Source of the DNA: Bugula neritina
Lineage: Eukaryota; Animalia; Bryozoa
Assembly (NCBI GenBank): GCA_964035545.1
Contig: OZ037770.1
Location: forward strand, 11,676,463-11,740,462
Reading direction: 5' to 3'
Length of the DNA stretch: 64,000 nucleotides
The notes under the pieces were generated by a model. It was given only the letters and a program-made list of their open reading frames with translations, was not told the origin of the DNA and searched no databases. Below are positions 45,412 through 59,400 of the stretch, piece by piece. A program made the translations under genes and the position numbers. How positions within the stretch are numbered: position 1 is the first letter of the stretch; each line of letters opens with the position of its first letter.

Positions 45412-48400
45412 GGCAGCATTTATCCTTTTTAAAGTTGGGCAGGTAAGATAGTGATAAAAACCCACTCTGCAGTTACCAATGCTCACACAAATACAAAGTA
45501 GCCTATAGCTAGGTAAGAATACTTTTTTCACCATATAAGCCAAAATACTTACAGTAGCAACGACATACTAGAACGTAATAATAAATACTCTGCAAAGGAA
45601 CTTTCCAATAAAAGGGAAAGCCTTAAGTAAACTATTTTTGTTTCTTAAAGCTTAATGCACTTGCTTTTATTAAGCTATCCCAGTGTGCAATGTAATCTCA
45701 AAATAAACAAATCATAAAAAAGCAATGTTATTGTGTTATTAGGTAGGCCCTATATATTGTTACTGCAACACAGTAAGTTCTTAGTTTTAAATGTTATCAT
45801 ATTTTATTGATTTTGGTCTTAAAAGGGTTGCATTTAAAGCAAGGAATTATGCATTAGCGTTTTCTAAAACAAATAGTTATAAAAAAGTTGATGGCAATAC
45901 AGCAAAAGTTGTTTACCTTTCACAATTAAATTCCTGTTTTTACTCTACATAACAATTCAATTTGATGCTAAAAATATTGTTAGAACCTGTATTGACAAAG
46001 CAGCACACTGTTCAGCTCACTTTAAAGTTCTCTTTGAGCTTTGAAAATATTTCAGCACTGTCCACGCCAAAAATAAAATAATCTACATTTTACAGCTTTA
46101 AAAAAATGTGAAAATGTCTTTGTATCTTGCAGCTGGCTAATAAGATTTTTTGTAACAGCCAGTAATAAAAAAATTTCCTTTTGTTACAATGTATGTATTG
46201 TAGAGGAATAGAAGCTGATCTATCTATAGTACCACTCCAGCACGGCATATTCAATATGCAATAATCAATAATACAATAATCAGAGTAATTATTAACTAGC
46301 TATAACAGTTACATAATTTTGGTTTGATATAAAATGGAAAAGAGCAGCAAAGTTGTTCTTGAGTTTCAAGATCATTATTGTTCTTTTAACAAATGTTATT
46401 ATTAGAGTTATTGATTTTTCTTATATGGTATTGGGTAGGCAAGCGTTTGCACATCAATTCACTTTAATAAATCAGTCATTGTGAACTGTATTCTTAATAC
46501 TTTGAAGCTATTTTTGTAGAGGACAAGTTTTATTTGCAGCAAAAATAATTGGCTGGTTTTCCAAAGTGCCTTGCTAAGGTTTTTGACTAAACATTTCAAT
46601 ATCTACATATTTATAAATACCTGTATGCTTAATATCAATATTTAAGCACTGATATCAGGTGCAGAAAACAATTTACAAAGATTTAAGCTTTAAGCTGGAT
46701 ATTATAATATACTTGAGCTCAACAAAGTCACTTATAATAATATATTATTTTTATTTAATTATATTTTAAATGTATACTAATTTTTTGAAGGAGCCTAATA
46801 ATAAACCTTAGCTTAAAAATTCTGCACTAAATAAAACAAGTTATATCAAATGGTTGAGCATTTATTACTCAAATAATATATTCTTTCTTTGTATGTTTTA
46901 TCCCAAAAAAGGTAAAAGGGTAATTACAATTCTTTGCTAAAAAAGAATTGCACTAAAGAGACAGCTTTTAAAGTTTCATAACTTCAAAATTTTTATTTAA
47001 AATGAAATGTTACCAACAATGCTCACTTACTTCCTGTGTAAAGGTAGCAGAGCCCAGATATTTTTCTAAACATCAGAAATTGATAGCTTCTGATGGCATA
47101 CCATGATGGAGGGTCAGACCTAAGAAAGACAGTGGTTTTTATTATGTAAAAATTTATCAATTTCAGCACAAAAAAATATCATTTTTCATAATATGATTTA
47201 TTGTTGTTATGGCATTCAGGAATTGTCTCTTCACAATTATGTTTACTATTCCCTTTATTTATGCTGTTTTGTTAATATACAGAGCAACAAATCTATAAAA
47301 AACTGATAAAAACTGTTAATAAAGTGAGAAAATCAAAATAAAAGAGTTTTTTTAATAACAGAAAAATGTGGAATCCCTAAAAGAAGCTGTATTCAATTTT
47401 GTGCCACAATAAAAGTAATAAACAACTGTTGAACTATTTCACCTTTATGAGAGCAGTCTAACCAACATAGTAACAAACAGTAGTGGCCCAGTGCAGCATT
47501 AAATTATCTGCAAAAAATAGCTAGCATATTTATTATTTGTTTAATTTTTGTGAGAAATAAAGCATAGAGCTTACGAGTCAAAGTTTGGAATGATGGATGA
47601 ATTATCTAACTCTTGAAAAATTTCAACGGCTTCTTCAAAACTGGAAACTGTAGCTGCATAATCCTGAAGGTTGTTTGAGCTACAGGCAGTGTCTAAATCA
47701 GATTCAAACACATTGTACCCTATACAGCTCACAGTTATGGCTTGTCCTGAACTTGAAAAGTTGAATGTTGTAGGTACATCTTCAACACATTTACCTGTAA
47801 ACAACAGCAACAATGACTGCAATATTATTATTCACAGTACAAATATGTTAAAATATCTAGTAGTTTGTGAATAATAACAAATGGAGTGCACTGTAGTACA
47901 TATATATTAAAAATAGCCCAATTACTTTTATGATATATTATAAATCTAATTCAAAATAATTAAGGCAACATACAAATTCGATAGTCAATTCCTAAATTCA
48001 TTTAGTTTTTTAAAATTTTATATAGCTAAAATTATTGCAAAAAAAGTTATTATCTCATAGTACACATTAACATTGATGTGTTTTTATATGATGTGATATT
48101 AGTAGCTTTTCAGCCAACAGAGATGTTTCCTTCTATACCCAACACGTTGCAATATTTGTCAGTCTAAGCATATCACATTAGCTCTGTACATATCCCATGA
48201 AATGTGAAACTTGAAACTTCCATACTATATGAACAATAAATCATATGAGAAATTCTTTCAAAAATTCACACCTTGCTTTATACCAATAGTGAAATTAATA
48301 GCCTCAAATTGAAAATTGGGAAACAAGTAAACAAAAACATTCTGATTGCATGGAAGTTTTAAAATTTCGAACTTGATCAAAATCTATTTTTCATTACATT

Positions 48401-50377
48401 TCTCCAAGTATAGTTAACGTGTACATTATATTTATCTTACCAGAATTATGTGTAGCTTTCACATAATCTAAAATATAAACTCAAGTATTAGAATAACAGA
48501 ACAAAAGATGCGAAGCAGTTATAAGGAAACAAAAATACTTAAACAAATTTTCATTATATTAGTGTGTGTATTAAGACTAAACAACTTTAAATGCAATGCT
48601 TATTTTGATAAATCGATTTTATCTTAGTAATCACTATTTCACTGTATTATAACCAAATAATAGGTTTTTTCAAGTTATTCATATAACTTTTTATACATTT
48701 GCTTTATTCTTTTACAATAAACTCACAATTAATCTATTATGGTAAACTGAAATAAAACAAATTAAAGTGATGACTGCAGCTAGTGAAAAACAATCATTAA
48801 GTTGTGCATAAACTAGCCATTTCAGCATATTAGCACTCAAAATACTTGATTTAAATTTTTAATGTCAATACAAAATAACTCTAAAGTTACTCAAAAATTA
48901 AAAAACAGTTTTTATAGTCAACTGTTACCGTAAAAAGTTGATAAAGTAAGCACTAAGAAAGTATACAATTATATGAGGATTGGCTTGAATGATGCGCGTC
49001 AGATGAGTAAATGGATATAAATGTCAATTGCATTTTTATACAATAGAAAACTTAGAATTGACTGATTCTGCTATAATATTTTTATAAAAGCATAGAAATT
49101 GACTAGAATTAAGCATCAAGTTATAGAAACACAAACGTCTCATAACTCACACTGTTTGTGAACTTTATTACAATGATGTACTGCAAAGTATTTGTATAAT
49201 TGGTGATTTTTTCTAATCATAGAAAAATGCACCGCATCTTTAGTTAAATGTATTTTCAAAAGCATGATTTAAAACTTTTGCAGCAACAAAATGGTGCTGA
49301 GATGGCACTAGATAATTGGTTTAGCATGTGAATATCTCCCAGCTGCAGTAGATACAACATATCAAAGCAAGACGATGTACGATCATTATGCCAAAAATTT
49401 GTATTCATATAAACAGCAACAATAATTATATTGTGTTTTAGCTATTTGTATTAAGAGTTTATTATTTATATTGTATTCTCTTTTTATTTGGGTCTTTTTA
49501 TTAGTCTCTGGTCACAAGAATTGGCCTCCCTTGTGCAAATAAATTAAATCAATAATAGTGTTTCTTTTATTATTGAATAACAGATTCAATCAATACGAGT
49601 TAATTAATTTTAGTTTCTTTTTAACCTTTTGTATAGCTATAGAATAATAGACTGCTATATACATATGTACTGCAGCCCTGGTTTTATATGTAAAAGAAAT
49701 TCATTTTTTAAGGTATGAATTTAAGAGAATCAAATAAAAAATGTTTAAATGAAAACTGCTTTTTTATCGCCTTCTAAATTGATTCCTCAAAAATCAATTT
49801 TAATGCAGCATTAGCATAATGTTTGGGATGTGAGAAACAAATTATTTGTCAACACTTTCACTACAAGTGCTTGCAGGTGCTAGTTTTGCAAACACCCATG
49901 CATGACAGGTGATTGCAGGTACTAGTTTTGCAAACACCCATGCATGACAGGTGCTTGCAGGTACTAGTTTTGCAGAGACCCATGCATGCTAGGTGCTTGC
50001 AGCTGCCTTGAAGGGCCTACGGATGTGAAAATATTATTTTCAATGTTTTGCGGGTGCTCTCTAGACCAAATTTACAATAGTTGCAGTTTGCTAACAATTA
50101 AATATTTAATACAATTTCTGACTTCTAAGAAAAGTAATATGTTGTGTATGTGTGGGACCTAATAATAATAATCTTTTTTTATAAAAATAAACTTTAAAAA
50201 GTTTTAAATAAGCTCATATTACGTTTGCAACAAAATTAAATTATGTTTCTCAATTCTTATAAATACAAGCTCAAAATATTTTTTGTTTTTATACTCATAT
50301 TGCATCTACGTACCTGGTATGTAACAGATCACTATTACTACAAGTAAACTGAAAGCAAAGTTCTTCAATGTCGTCAT
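21199..50377 (-). CDS. Polycystin-1-like protein (PKD1L family), copy A, multi-exon, with C-terminal Pro/Thr/Val/Glu repeat and ZU5-like domain
   Basis: Signal-peptide exon 50377-50314 (MTTLKNFAFSLLVVIVICYIP); 27-nt exon 48467-48441; Cys-rich exons 47794-45120; repeat exon 42899-41160; GAIN-like region ~38500-35000; TM1 after LFIPPNTIDF (ENPYVLIL); PLAT (YQLTVSIG..LYGENG; FLCNDWLS); DDHLWLSVARRPQKSNFSRVQRWSMCLS; TOP domain (DIWPWLEE, LMGPLRMKQNR, WIDKQTRAIFIEF..NVNVNLFT); S5-S6 (FLLLNLFISVIND); tail exons ~24658-24456, ~23608-23420, 22859-22014, 21766-21600, 21430-21199. Confidence 0.9.
22160..22815 (-). repeat. Coding 21/24-bp (7-8 aa) repeat, VTPVELPT-type, with a 96-bp higher-order unit
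   Basis: Open frame on the - strand within exon 22859-22014. Confidence 0.9.
29820..29965. repeat. (CA)n / (AAATGCAC)n microsatellite, intronic
   Basis: Directly visible. Confidence 0.9.
33333..33540. mobile_element. Second, degenerate copy of the Tc1/mariner-type MITE
   Basis: Begins TGCTCCCTCCGTATCTCACTAA; similar to 19648-19837. Confidence 0.55.
34473..34577 (+). mobile_element. 105-bp tRNA-containing solo-LTR-like element, TSD GTAGC, in a PKD1L intron
   Basis: TGTA...TTCA termini, GTAGC at 34468-34472 and 34578-34582; A box TGGTGTAATGG, B box AGTTCGAATCC. Confidence 0.9.
35712..35912. repeat. (CT)n/(CA)n/(CACG)n compound microsatellite, intronic
   Basis: Directly visible; source of several spurious ORFs. 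Confidence 0.9.
41185..42885 (-). repeat. Coding 33-bp (11 aa) tandem repeat TDALTTEDSQ[F/S], ~50 copies, extracellular stalk exon of PKD1L copy A
   Basis: Lies in the 1740-nt phase-1/phase-1 exon 42899-41160 with no stops. Confidence 0.95.
43335..43880. repeat. 11-bp minisatellite (TTTATCTACCC)n, intronic
   Basis: Several dozen near-perfect units. Confidence 0.95.
45348..45418. repeat. (GCA)n microsatellite, intronic
   Basis: Directly visible. Confidence 0.9.
49865..50002. repeat. 42-bp minisatellite, ~3.3 copies
   Basis: Unit AGGTGCTTGCAGGTACTAGTTTTGCAAACACCCATGCATGAC. Confidence 0.85.
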
Positions 50378-50685
50378 TATAATTAACTTCTGGTAGGATC
50401 TCATAAAATTAGTTTCTAGCGGCAATCTAAAAGTAAACGCAGCACTTAAATATTTTTGAATTTGTATTTTGATTATTTAAAAAACAAACTGATACCACCT
50501 GTTTTGATTGTGATTTGATTCTGATTTGGTAAAACTAATAAATGCTTTTAATAAGAAGCTGAATTATGCTTCATAAATTAAAATCATCATCATTTCAATT
50601 TTTTTAGCGCAAATACAATATTGTTATGCTTTCTAAACCTCAAAACCGGCTAAATAAACTGGATTAATTAAAATAAACAATATAT

Positions 50686-50688
<3 letters not shown>

Positions 50689-50778
<90 letters not shown>
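50689..50778. repeat. (AT)n microsatellite ~300 bp upstream of the PKD1L copy A start codon
   Basis: Perfect AT run. Confidence 0.95.
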
Positions 50779-50780
<2 letters not shown>

Positions 50781-52761
50781 AAAGGAAGGCCATGTGTTAT
50801 TTTGTTGTACTGGAACCTGGTGAAAAATATTGCTTTCAATTTAATAAATTGTACTATAATAAAAGAAAAATGCAACATCATAAACTATAAAATAGGAGTG
50901 AATAATAAATGACACTCTAACTAATCTTGTGACAATTGTTATTTCCAATTTTACCACTAGATATCGATATAAAATTTCAAATGAGTAGGTCTAAAAGCTA
51001 GAGATTTCTCTTATGCTATGTACTGCTTAATGCATGTCTACCCATTTAGTCTTGATTGTTAAGTATCAATGCTATTGTGTAACTGAGTTTTGGAAAATAG
51101 TAAAAACTTTGTCAAGTCAAACTTATAGGTCATTTCACATGTATAGAGTTCATTCTTTTAAGATTTGTTTCAAGCTTTAATTAAATTGGAAACAAAAATT
51201 TAGCATGCAATGAATGCAGTATTGTCAATAACTGCAAAATAACATATTTGCAATATTCAAACTATTTTCTATAAGATATTGCAATAGCTAAATTATAAAG
51301 CAACAGGAAACACGTTTGAGCCAAGAATTATAAAAATTCTTTTTTTGATCAAATACTTTTTTACGAAAATTTGTATAAGTCTACCTTGTGATTGTCAAAA
51401 AACAAAAGCATTTAATTTGAACAGGCTGATTTATTTACAATTTTTATTGCTACATTTCAACATGCTTGCAACCAAATAGCTGAAATTCAGATAGCCTTAC
51501 TTAAGGTACTAATCCAGTTTTCTTTGAATAAGCTATCTAAAAATAATATACTTCAAACTAACTAACTTAAAATACAACACAAAATATAGAGCTGTAAACT
51601 TACTTTTTTAAGTAAATACATTAGTTTTCTCAATCCGAGATGTTTTTCAATTTACCGGGTTTCTATTTTAGCAAGGAACCAGTAGTATTAGCAGCTGTAT
51701 ATGTAAATGGTTACTGTTGAGTTACCTGATCGTAGATTAGCAGTTATTCACACAATATAACAATAGCATTTGAGAGAGAGGGGGGGGGGGTAAATAATAC
51801 CCTCTATAAATCAATATGTGTATACAAGACTTTGTTTTCTATAATAATTATAGAAAGTTTTGTTGTAAAACACATTGGTACACAACAAACAAAAATACAA
51901 TGCATACTCAGCTGCACTGTCTAATGATTATAGCTATGTAGCCCTATCAAAACTCTTTTTGCATATCTGTTTTAAACATCTCAATGCTGGTGCTATGATG
52001 TACATTTTTTTACTCTATGACATTTTAGCTCAATAAAATGAATTCAATATGTACCGTAGCCCTTTAATATACTGAGGTATATCAATTAAATAACGAAACG
52101 AAGAACAGACAACTCCAAAGTATAAAAAATCATAACTCTCTTATATCAGTATTTCAATTGCAGTCATTTATTGTTTGTTTACAAGTTAACATGTTATTGT
52201 AGATACAGCAACCAAAAATAAAGAAAAATTATTTTTGTGCCTCATATTAACCTTTACTGGCAAATATTCCTAAAAAGTCCCATAATGCTTTGCAATCTAT
52301 ATAGATCCGGATAACATCAAAATTTATGTGCAATAAAATTTGATCTGTGAATCACAGTTTTCTTTGCTTTTAAATATTTAAACTTTAAAAATACAAAAAG
52401 TTTTAATTCATTTAATTAAAGCAAATTGATAGTTAAAAATCTAATTATACAAAAAAAACTTATATCTTAGTTGGCTATCAGATAAAACTAGAAATTCAAT
52501 GACAAACTGACCAGTAAGTCTGACAATTTGCTGATTGAGCCACAAAACTACACAAACTAAACAAACTGATTTTTAGCTAAATTGTAATTTGATAAAAAAA
52601 ATTTCCTAAATGAATTAATTACGAGTGTTGCACAAAGTTTTAGCTACAGCAAAGATGATTTAAACTATTTATTTACTTTGCTCACAAAGTTGGATTTTCT
52701 GCTCATATAAAAAACTCATAGAAAGGAAATTATTTTCAAAGCGGCTAGAGCTTTATTTATA

Positions 52762-52888
52762 TGTGGCAGAGGAGCAATTTTGACTAGATACTCTTCCTAG
52801 CATCACCAGTGGTCTTTGTCAGGGCTCGAACCCATGACTTTGTGTTTACTAAGCTGAACACTCTAACCCCTAGACTACGACTGTTCCT
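52762..52888 (-). mobile_element. tRNA-derived SINE fragment (second family)
   Basis: Reverse complement has a tRNA-like head (TAGTCTAGGGGTTAGAG..GGGTTCGAGCCC) then CTGGTGATGCTAGGAAGAGTATCTAGTCAAAATTGCTCCTCTGCC, homologous to ~55878-56001. Confidence 0.7.
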
Positions 52889-53457
52889 TCATATGTCTGT
52901 TTATATTGCATGTTCTAATTAGGTAACAATTGTGTGAAGGTAAAATACTTGTTCTAATTGTCTCAGCTACCTTTCTTAGGTCTGTCTGGTAGCAGTTGAA
53001 TAATTTTTTTACGTTCAATTGCCAATGTGCAAAAGAATAACTACAGCTGGCACTTTGAAGGCAAATATTATTTATTATCAAATCATATGTTTTATTAGAA
53101 AGCATGAGGTAAAAGATAATTATCTTGGCTTATAAAAATAAAGACAGATTGCATTAATTATTGCATAAAGACATCTTTTTAGAAAGAAGTGATAATACGG
53201 AAGAAATGCAAAAAATATATAATCACAATAAAAACCTATTTATGAATAACAATTTTATTATATTTGAGGTTTCAAAAGTGCACTGCAAATTCAATGTCAT
53301 TTGAAAACAACTTTTCCCTCATTGCATTATTATTCATATTTCAATTTGCCATAAGAAGATTTCATTATATATATAATAGTAGAATGCATAATTAGCTTTT
53401 AAAAATGAGCATATAATATGTAATGAAAATATTTAATAAGAATGTTTTGAGGATACA

Positions 53458-56400
53458 TTATAGCAAATCTAAATTATTCTTGTCACTCTTAAATTGATCT
53501 TCGGCACTTCCAGGATCATCTTGTTTTTCCTCTTCATTGCTTATCTGCAAAAAAACATAATTTTTAACAACTTTATACATGCATTTATTGCAGCATAAAT
53601 TTAATAAAAGCTCGAATAAAATGCCAAATTAATATTTTTGGCTTATGGGTAGATTTTAATACAAGTATATTAATTAGTTAAAAAATTTTATATTTTAATT
53701 TCTAAATTTTAAAAATATATTTTATCACAGCATTTTGTCACTATTGTTTAATTTAGTGCCTGATATACGTAAGTAGTCCATAAGCTAACCAATAGCAAGA
53801 AATCTATAAATGAAATTATAACATATATAAGCTAAGATTCACCAAGAAAATAATATGTCTGTTCAATACACAGTTAAGGTTAGAGAAATAACCATAAACC
53901 TTGAATATTGAACTTAAGAGAACTGACAAAATACAATTAAAACAACATTTTGATAGATGGAAACATATCAAAAGTGTTTTGTAAGAAGAAGACTGTATAA
54001 GCACATGTACACAATATATAGACAATGGGAGAAGTTACGTATCAGTAAAACATACAAGAATATTCATTGGTAAAAACAAATTAATATATATTTTACCCTG
54101 GTACAGCTGTTTAATCTATAAATTGATTGAAATGGTAATCAAGCTAAATCAAAACATAATTAGCTTTAGGTCAAACAATTGAAATACTCTTGGTCATGCA
54201 AAGCATTGACAGCAAATTGTTTAAAGCAGAAAGTTTTTAGCAGGTGAAATTATCATTGAATAACTTTGATTTCACATGGTGTCTGTATTTAAAAGTAACT
54301 TCTTTTATTATTTCAAGTAGAAAAATTGCTTTGAAAGCAATTTTAGACTTTTGAAAAAGGCCAGAAACGTTTAAAATCTTTTTGCCACACAGAGCAACAC
54401 TGACGGTCAAGTCAAACCAAGCAGGTCAAGTCAAGCTACAATCGAGTTGAACATTGGATCTGTAGTGTTGAGTTTACCCAGTGGTCCCCGTGATGTAATT
54501 ATTTTTCAAGATCATGTTTAAGTCTATTCAAGTCAAGACTCAAATAAATTCATCACAATTTAATTTGATTTACAAGCTTTAATCAAACAGATGACAATAA
54601 ATTAATTACAGACATATGACATGCAGTCTAATCTCTCACTATTCATTACTATACCTCTGTCATGCTGTTTACAAATATAGCATGTAGCTTATACCTGGGC
54701 CATGTTGTGCCATCTTTTAGCCATTTCATCTGCTATATTCTCCGTAATAGACTTGACCATTTCACCGGTCTCATCAATACCACTCAGTAGGTTCTTTACC
54801 ACCGGGGCCATGGCTAGATTGACATCCAGATTCACATCCAGAGTGTGCCGGGCTTTTGATACAGTCTTCCTAGGAGTGACCTTTGCTGCTATTCGGTATT
54901 TAACCTCTTGACCTTTGGGATGGCACATGCATCGAAGATTCTCAGCAAAACAGGTCACGCTGTTATAAATAAATAGAACAACATACATATAAAAAGTGTT
55001 TTACCTATTTTTAAATTGTTTAACTTCAATAATCAAAGTATTCTGGCAATGACCTTGACATTGTGAACTGACTAAGTTGGAAAAGATATTCCAAAAGCAT
55101 GTTATAATTATTATTTCTTGTTGGTATCAAGTTAGGTCAAGTAGAATAAGTAAATCTTAATTTTCCTGGTAATAAAAATAAAATTCAACTGATAGAAACC
55201 TTGAAATATTTTATAATGTTATTAATGAATTAACTGTTTCCTAAGTTAAGTGAATAAAGTCAAATTGATAAGAGAAATGGGGAAACATTATTTTGCTGCT
55301 ATCAGAAAAGCATCCTAAAAAATATAATTTGTTACAGACTTGAAACAACCAATCAATTTTAGTATGTCATTAATTCAGCCAGTAAGAGCGTATTCTGCTT
55401 TGTGCAGAGCGTACTGTTACTGAATAATCCTTCTTATTTGGTGCTTTACGCACCTCTGTTTGCAGAAATAAGTTTAACAAAGAGAGCTTTATGTCTCTTA
55501 CCTGTTATAAGACAGGGTCCAGGGTCCATCATCTCTTTTCACAAAGACATTACAGTAATCTCTTTTCTTGCTATCTTTAAATGGTAGACAGCATTTGAAG
55601 GGCTTAGCTAAAGGCATCTCAGACTTCAGTTCTATCACGTGACTGGCAAACAGGTTTGTAGTGTACGCCTGCAACATTTCAATAAAGGTTTTATTAAGAG
55701 AACATAATATATATTTATATTCAGAGAAATGACTTTCTTTGGGAAATGTATTTTTTAATTCAACGTATATTAAAACTATTTTTAAAATATTTTTAGGAAT
55801 ATAGCAAATAAGACTTTGTCACAATTTGAATAAAATTTATGAAAATAATAATATGGTCACTATATAGTACTAGAAAGGGAGCAGCCATGGTTTATGGGGG
55901 TTAAAGCGTTTGTATTGTAGACACTAAGTTATGGGTTCAAACCTGACAAAAGGCTCTTGGTGATGTTAAGACAAGCATCCAGTCATAATTGCTCCTGTGC
56001 CCTGTCTGAATAACTCCTTAACCCACTTTAACAAAATATTCTTTCCACCAGGGTTTCTCACAGAGATAGCGACTGTAAACTTGCGCAAGTTTTTACTATA
56101 CAGTACTAGAAGTGTGAAACACATTTTAGTACTTCGTTCATGGCATGTAAAACAGCTGTCAGTTGCATATTAAAAGTACTACATATCTATTTTTCAAGTT
56201 CATGTTAATGCTTGAAAATATGTAGACATTTGAAAATTATGTTTTTTTTGCATTTTTGCATTCAAACTAAATAGAAGTGAATTCTTTTGAATGCATATTA
56301 CTTGACGATCTTTATTTAATAAAACAAATTACAGCATAAAATAAATATTTTTTTGTTTAATGCTTAATCAACAAGATCTAATGTTCTGTGAAGAGATACA

Positions 56401-59400
56401 ACAATGTGAAGCATGCAAAGTAACTTTCGAACTTACCTGCACTCTCACTAAGCTGGGTCTGCTAAACGTTCCCTTGTCTATGATAATCCATGTACCAGGG
56501 AGAACTTCGATTCGACCACCTTCTGGTCCAATCCTACCACTTGTCTCATTCAAACAATGGTACTCATCTTCAACTGTTACTGTTTCTGTTGGCTATAAAA
56601 TTAATAAATCAATTTTTTTCTAAAGCAAGATCTATAAATAGTAACATAATTTGCAATTTGCAGTTTTCTATAAATGCAATTTTACATTTCTGGGTCTAGT
56701 GAATGTTTTAGTATGCAACCTAACTCTAGTTTTAAATTTTTTTTGACGCTCTTTAGTTATAGTTGCATTATGTACTATTAAAATGAACTTGGTAAATAAT
56801 TATAGTGTTTCCAATATGTAATATTATAATGCTGGCAGTATACAGTCTTGAAAATCTCGGCCAAGCATTTTGTTGTAAGTGTTGTCTAGCATATGTATAT
56901 GAAGAAGCTTGGGTGCCTCATTTCTTTTCGCTAAAAAACAATAACTGCAAATTTTGGTAAAAAAGTTTCTCATACTGGAGGTATAGAAGCCACCCGTTTC
57001 GGTGACTTGTTGAGATAGCCTCTCATCTTCTCGTTACTCAATATCATGTCCCAAATGATAGTCTTTATAGCGGCTCTGACGGTGTGTTCATTTCTATCAT
57101 GTTGTTTACACACTGTCATTGATCTCTTCTCTCCTTCAGTTAGTTTGCTTGTAGAGATCAAATCAAAGTACTCAACTGCCTGTAAAAGAACCTATCACTT
57201 TTGTGTTTGCATCTTTACAACTCTGATTGGTGACAGAAGGCTCCCCCGAGTTGCAGTTGGCATAAAATATATATTTATTGCTATTATATATTAATTAGGT
57301 ATATAATTATTATTAAATATAATATAAATAATTATAATTAAATATAATTTAAATATATTAATACAATATATTATTATATTAAAATTATTATCAACTTTAC
57401 AGTTATGTAATTTTTTTAAATAATCAGCTTGACTGTCGATTTTAAACGAAAGTAGAAAGTTGCTAAACACATTTTAATCTTTATAATGAATTAAAATTTT
57501 AAACAAATATACTTGCAGCTAATATCTACAATTAAAACATAGCAATACCGTGTCTGCTCTGTCGTCAACATTAGCTTGATGCTTCAAAGCTTGTTGATCT
57601 TCAATAGGGGTGACTTGATGGTCTTCCAGTAAATCATAATATAGCTCAAGTTCTCTGTTCCATGGTCCCCCTCTGCGAACTTTTGCCAGATCTTTCTTAG
57701 ACACGTCAGTTACACCTCTCAGGCTCTTCCACCAGTGTTGAAGTTTGTTCTGTGAAAATCAGAAATTGATAGATTTAAAATAACCAGCTTTAAATAACCT
57801 TGATATTTTATAAATAAGTTGTACATTTTTATGGCTTTTAGAAAATGAAAAAGTACATTTCTATGCTCTTACATTTCTGTAAAAATGACTATAAAGAATA
57901 AAACGTGTTAAATAAACTGTTTCCTTAAACATTCGGCAAGGTGCTTTTAATTTATCATATTAACTACTTTGTAGCAATGCAACTTGTTTGACAGTACATA
58001 GCTTAAAGTAACCAAAGGCTAATAATATTACCAAAAGACTAAAAGCTCTATCCTTTTGACTATAGTTTTACACAGTCATATTCATTGCTGTTGAACTGTT
58101 GAATAGTGTTTTAAAGAGCAAATAAACTAGTTGTAGACAGATTCACAATTCATTTAAAAACTTTTGTAAATCTAAATAAAATTAAGCATCAACTCTCCTG
58201 TTTGCCTTAAAAATACTTCAGTTCTCATTCTTTGCTTAATTATGGAATTTTAGACCAATGTTCAAAATTTCATTTAATGGAGACATATAATATTGAAGTA
58301 CACCAAAGTATCGGACAGAAAGATTACATAAAAATGAGAAGAAATTAATACCATCAATAATCTTTGAAATATTGTTATTAAATTTAGATGAAGTTACTAA
58401 TAACAAACACATATACCGTCAAATAGCTAGCCATTGCAGCATCAAACTCTGCTTCTTCGGGGTTCTGTTGCACAAAAGCTAAGCCATCGTTGATCACAGA
58501 GATGAAGAGGTTTAGGAGAATAAAGTTCCCAGCCACCATAAACAAACCAAACAGAATTCTGAGAACAACCGTGTCAATCTCAATCAGATCAGTGTATTTG
58601 AGAATTCCTGCAAAGAGAAGATAGCTCTTATAAAACTAACCATGATAATTTTTTTATTAAACTTAAAATATTTCCTTGTTTACGATTGACTCAAAATTAT
58701 AAATAATCTAAAAAGAATTTGACCTAATTTAGGTTTCTTATTAGGAATGCCAAAATAAATAAATTGTACTAAAATGTTGAATGAAAAACCCATGATTATA
58801 TATCTTTAGAAAGCATCATTGGTTATCATTATCACAATTGTAAAACTCTATTGAATTCTAGAGCTGACAAAAAAAGCCATCTTACACAAAAGTAAATTCC
58901 TTAGTAAATATTGATAAAATAAAGAAGGCAGCTTAATATAACATATTATTATTACTCATTAAAGTTAAATATTTGCATTGACAACTTCATGCAATCTAGT
59001 TATAATATAATGAACCCAAAGCAATGCAAGGAAAAGTTAAGCTTGTTTTAAATCAATCGTTTAGATAATTAATATTCTCAATTGTTTTGGCTAACAATTA
59101 TTTTAAATTTAGTAAATATATTCCTAGTTCCAACATTTTGGGTAACTATTTTATAATTCTTACCAAGCAGCATTCCAAAGAGGTAGTAAAATGCTCTGAA
59201 AAAGTCGTTGAAAGCTCCAAATTGTGAACCAAATGCAACTACCATTGCATGGCTATACAGCAGCAAAAATCCCATCAGGATTGCCACATACCAGACTAAT
59301 GTTGGGCCAGTCTTGCTTAAAGACATCTGGAAAATGCAAAGAACAGCTTAATATACACTCACAACTTATTTACCTTTTACAATTGAAATAATATGAATAT

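Noticed and set aside
47445-47507. Possible extra PKD1L exon with AG/GT borders
   Set aside because: Introduces an immediate TAA in the required phase; the neighbouring exons join directly.
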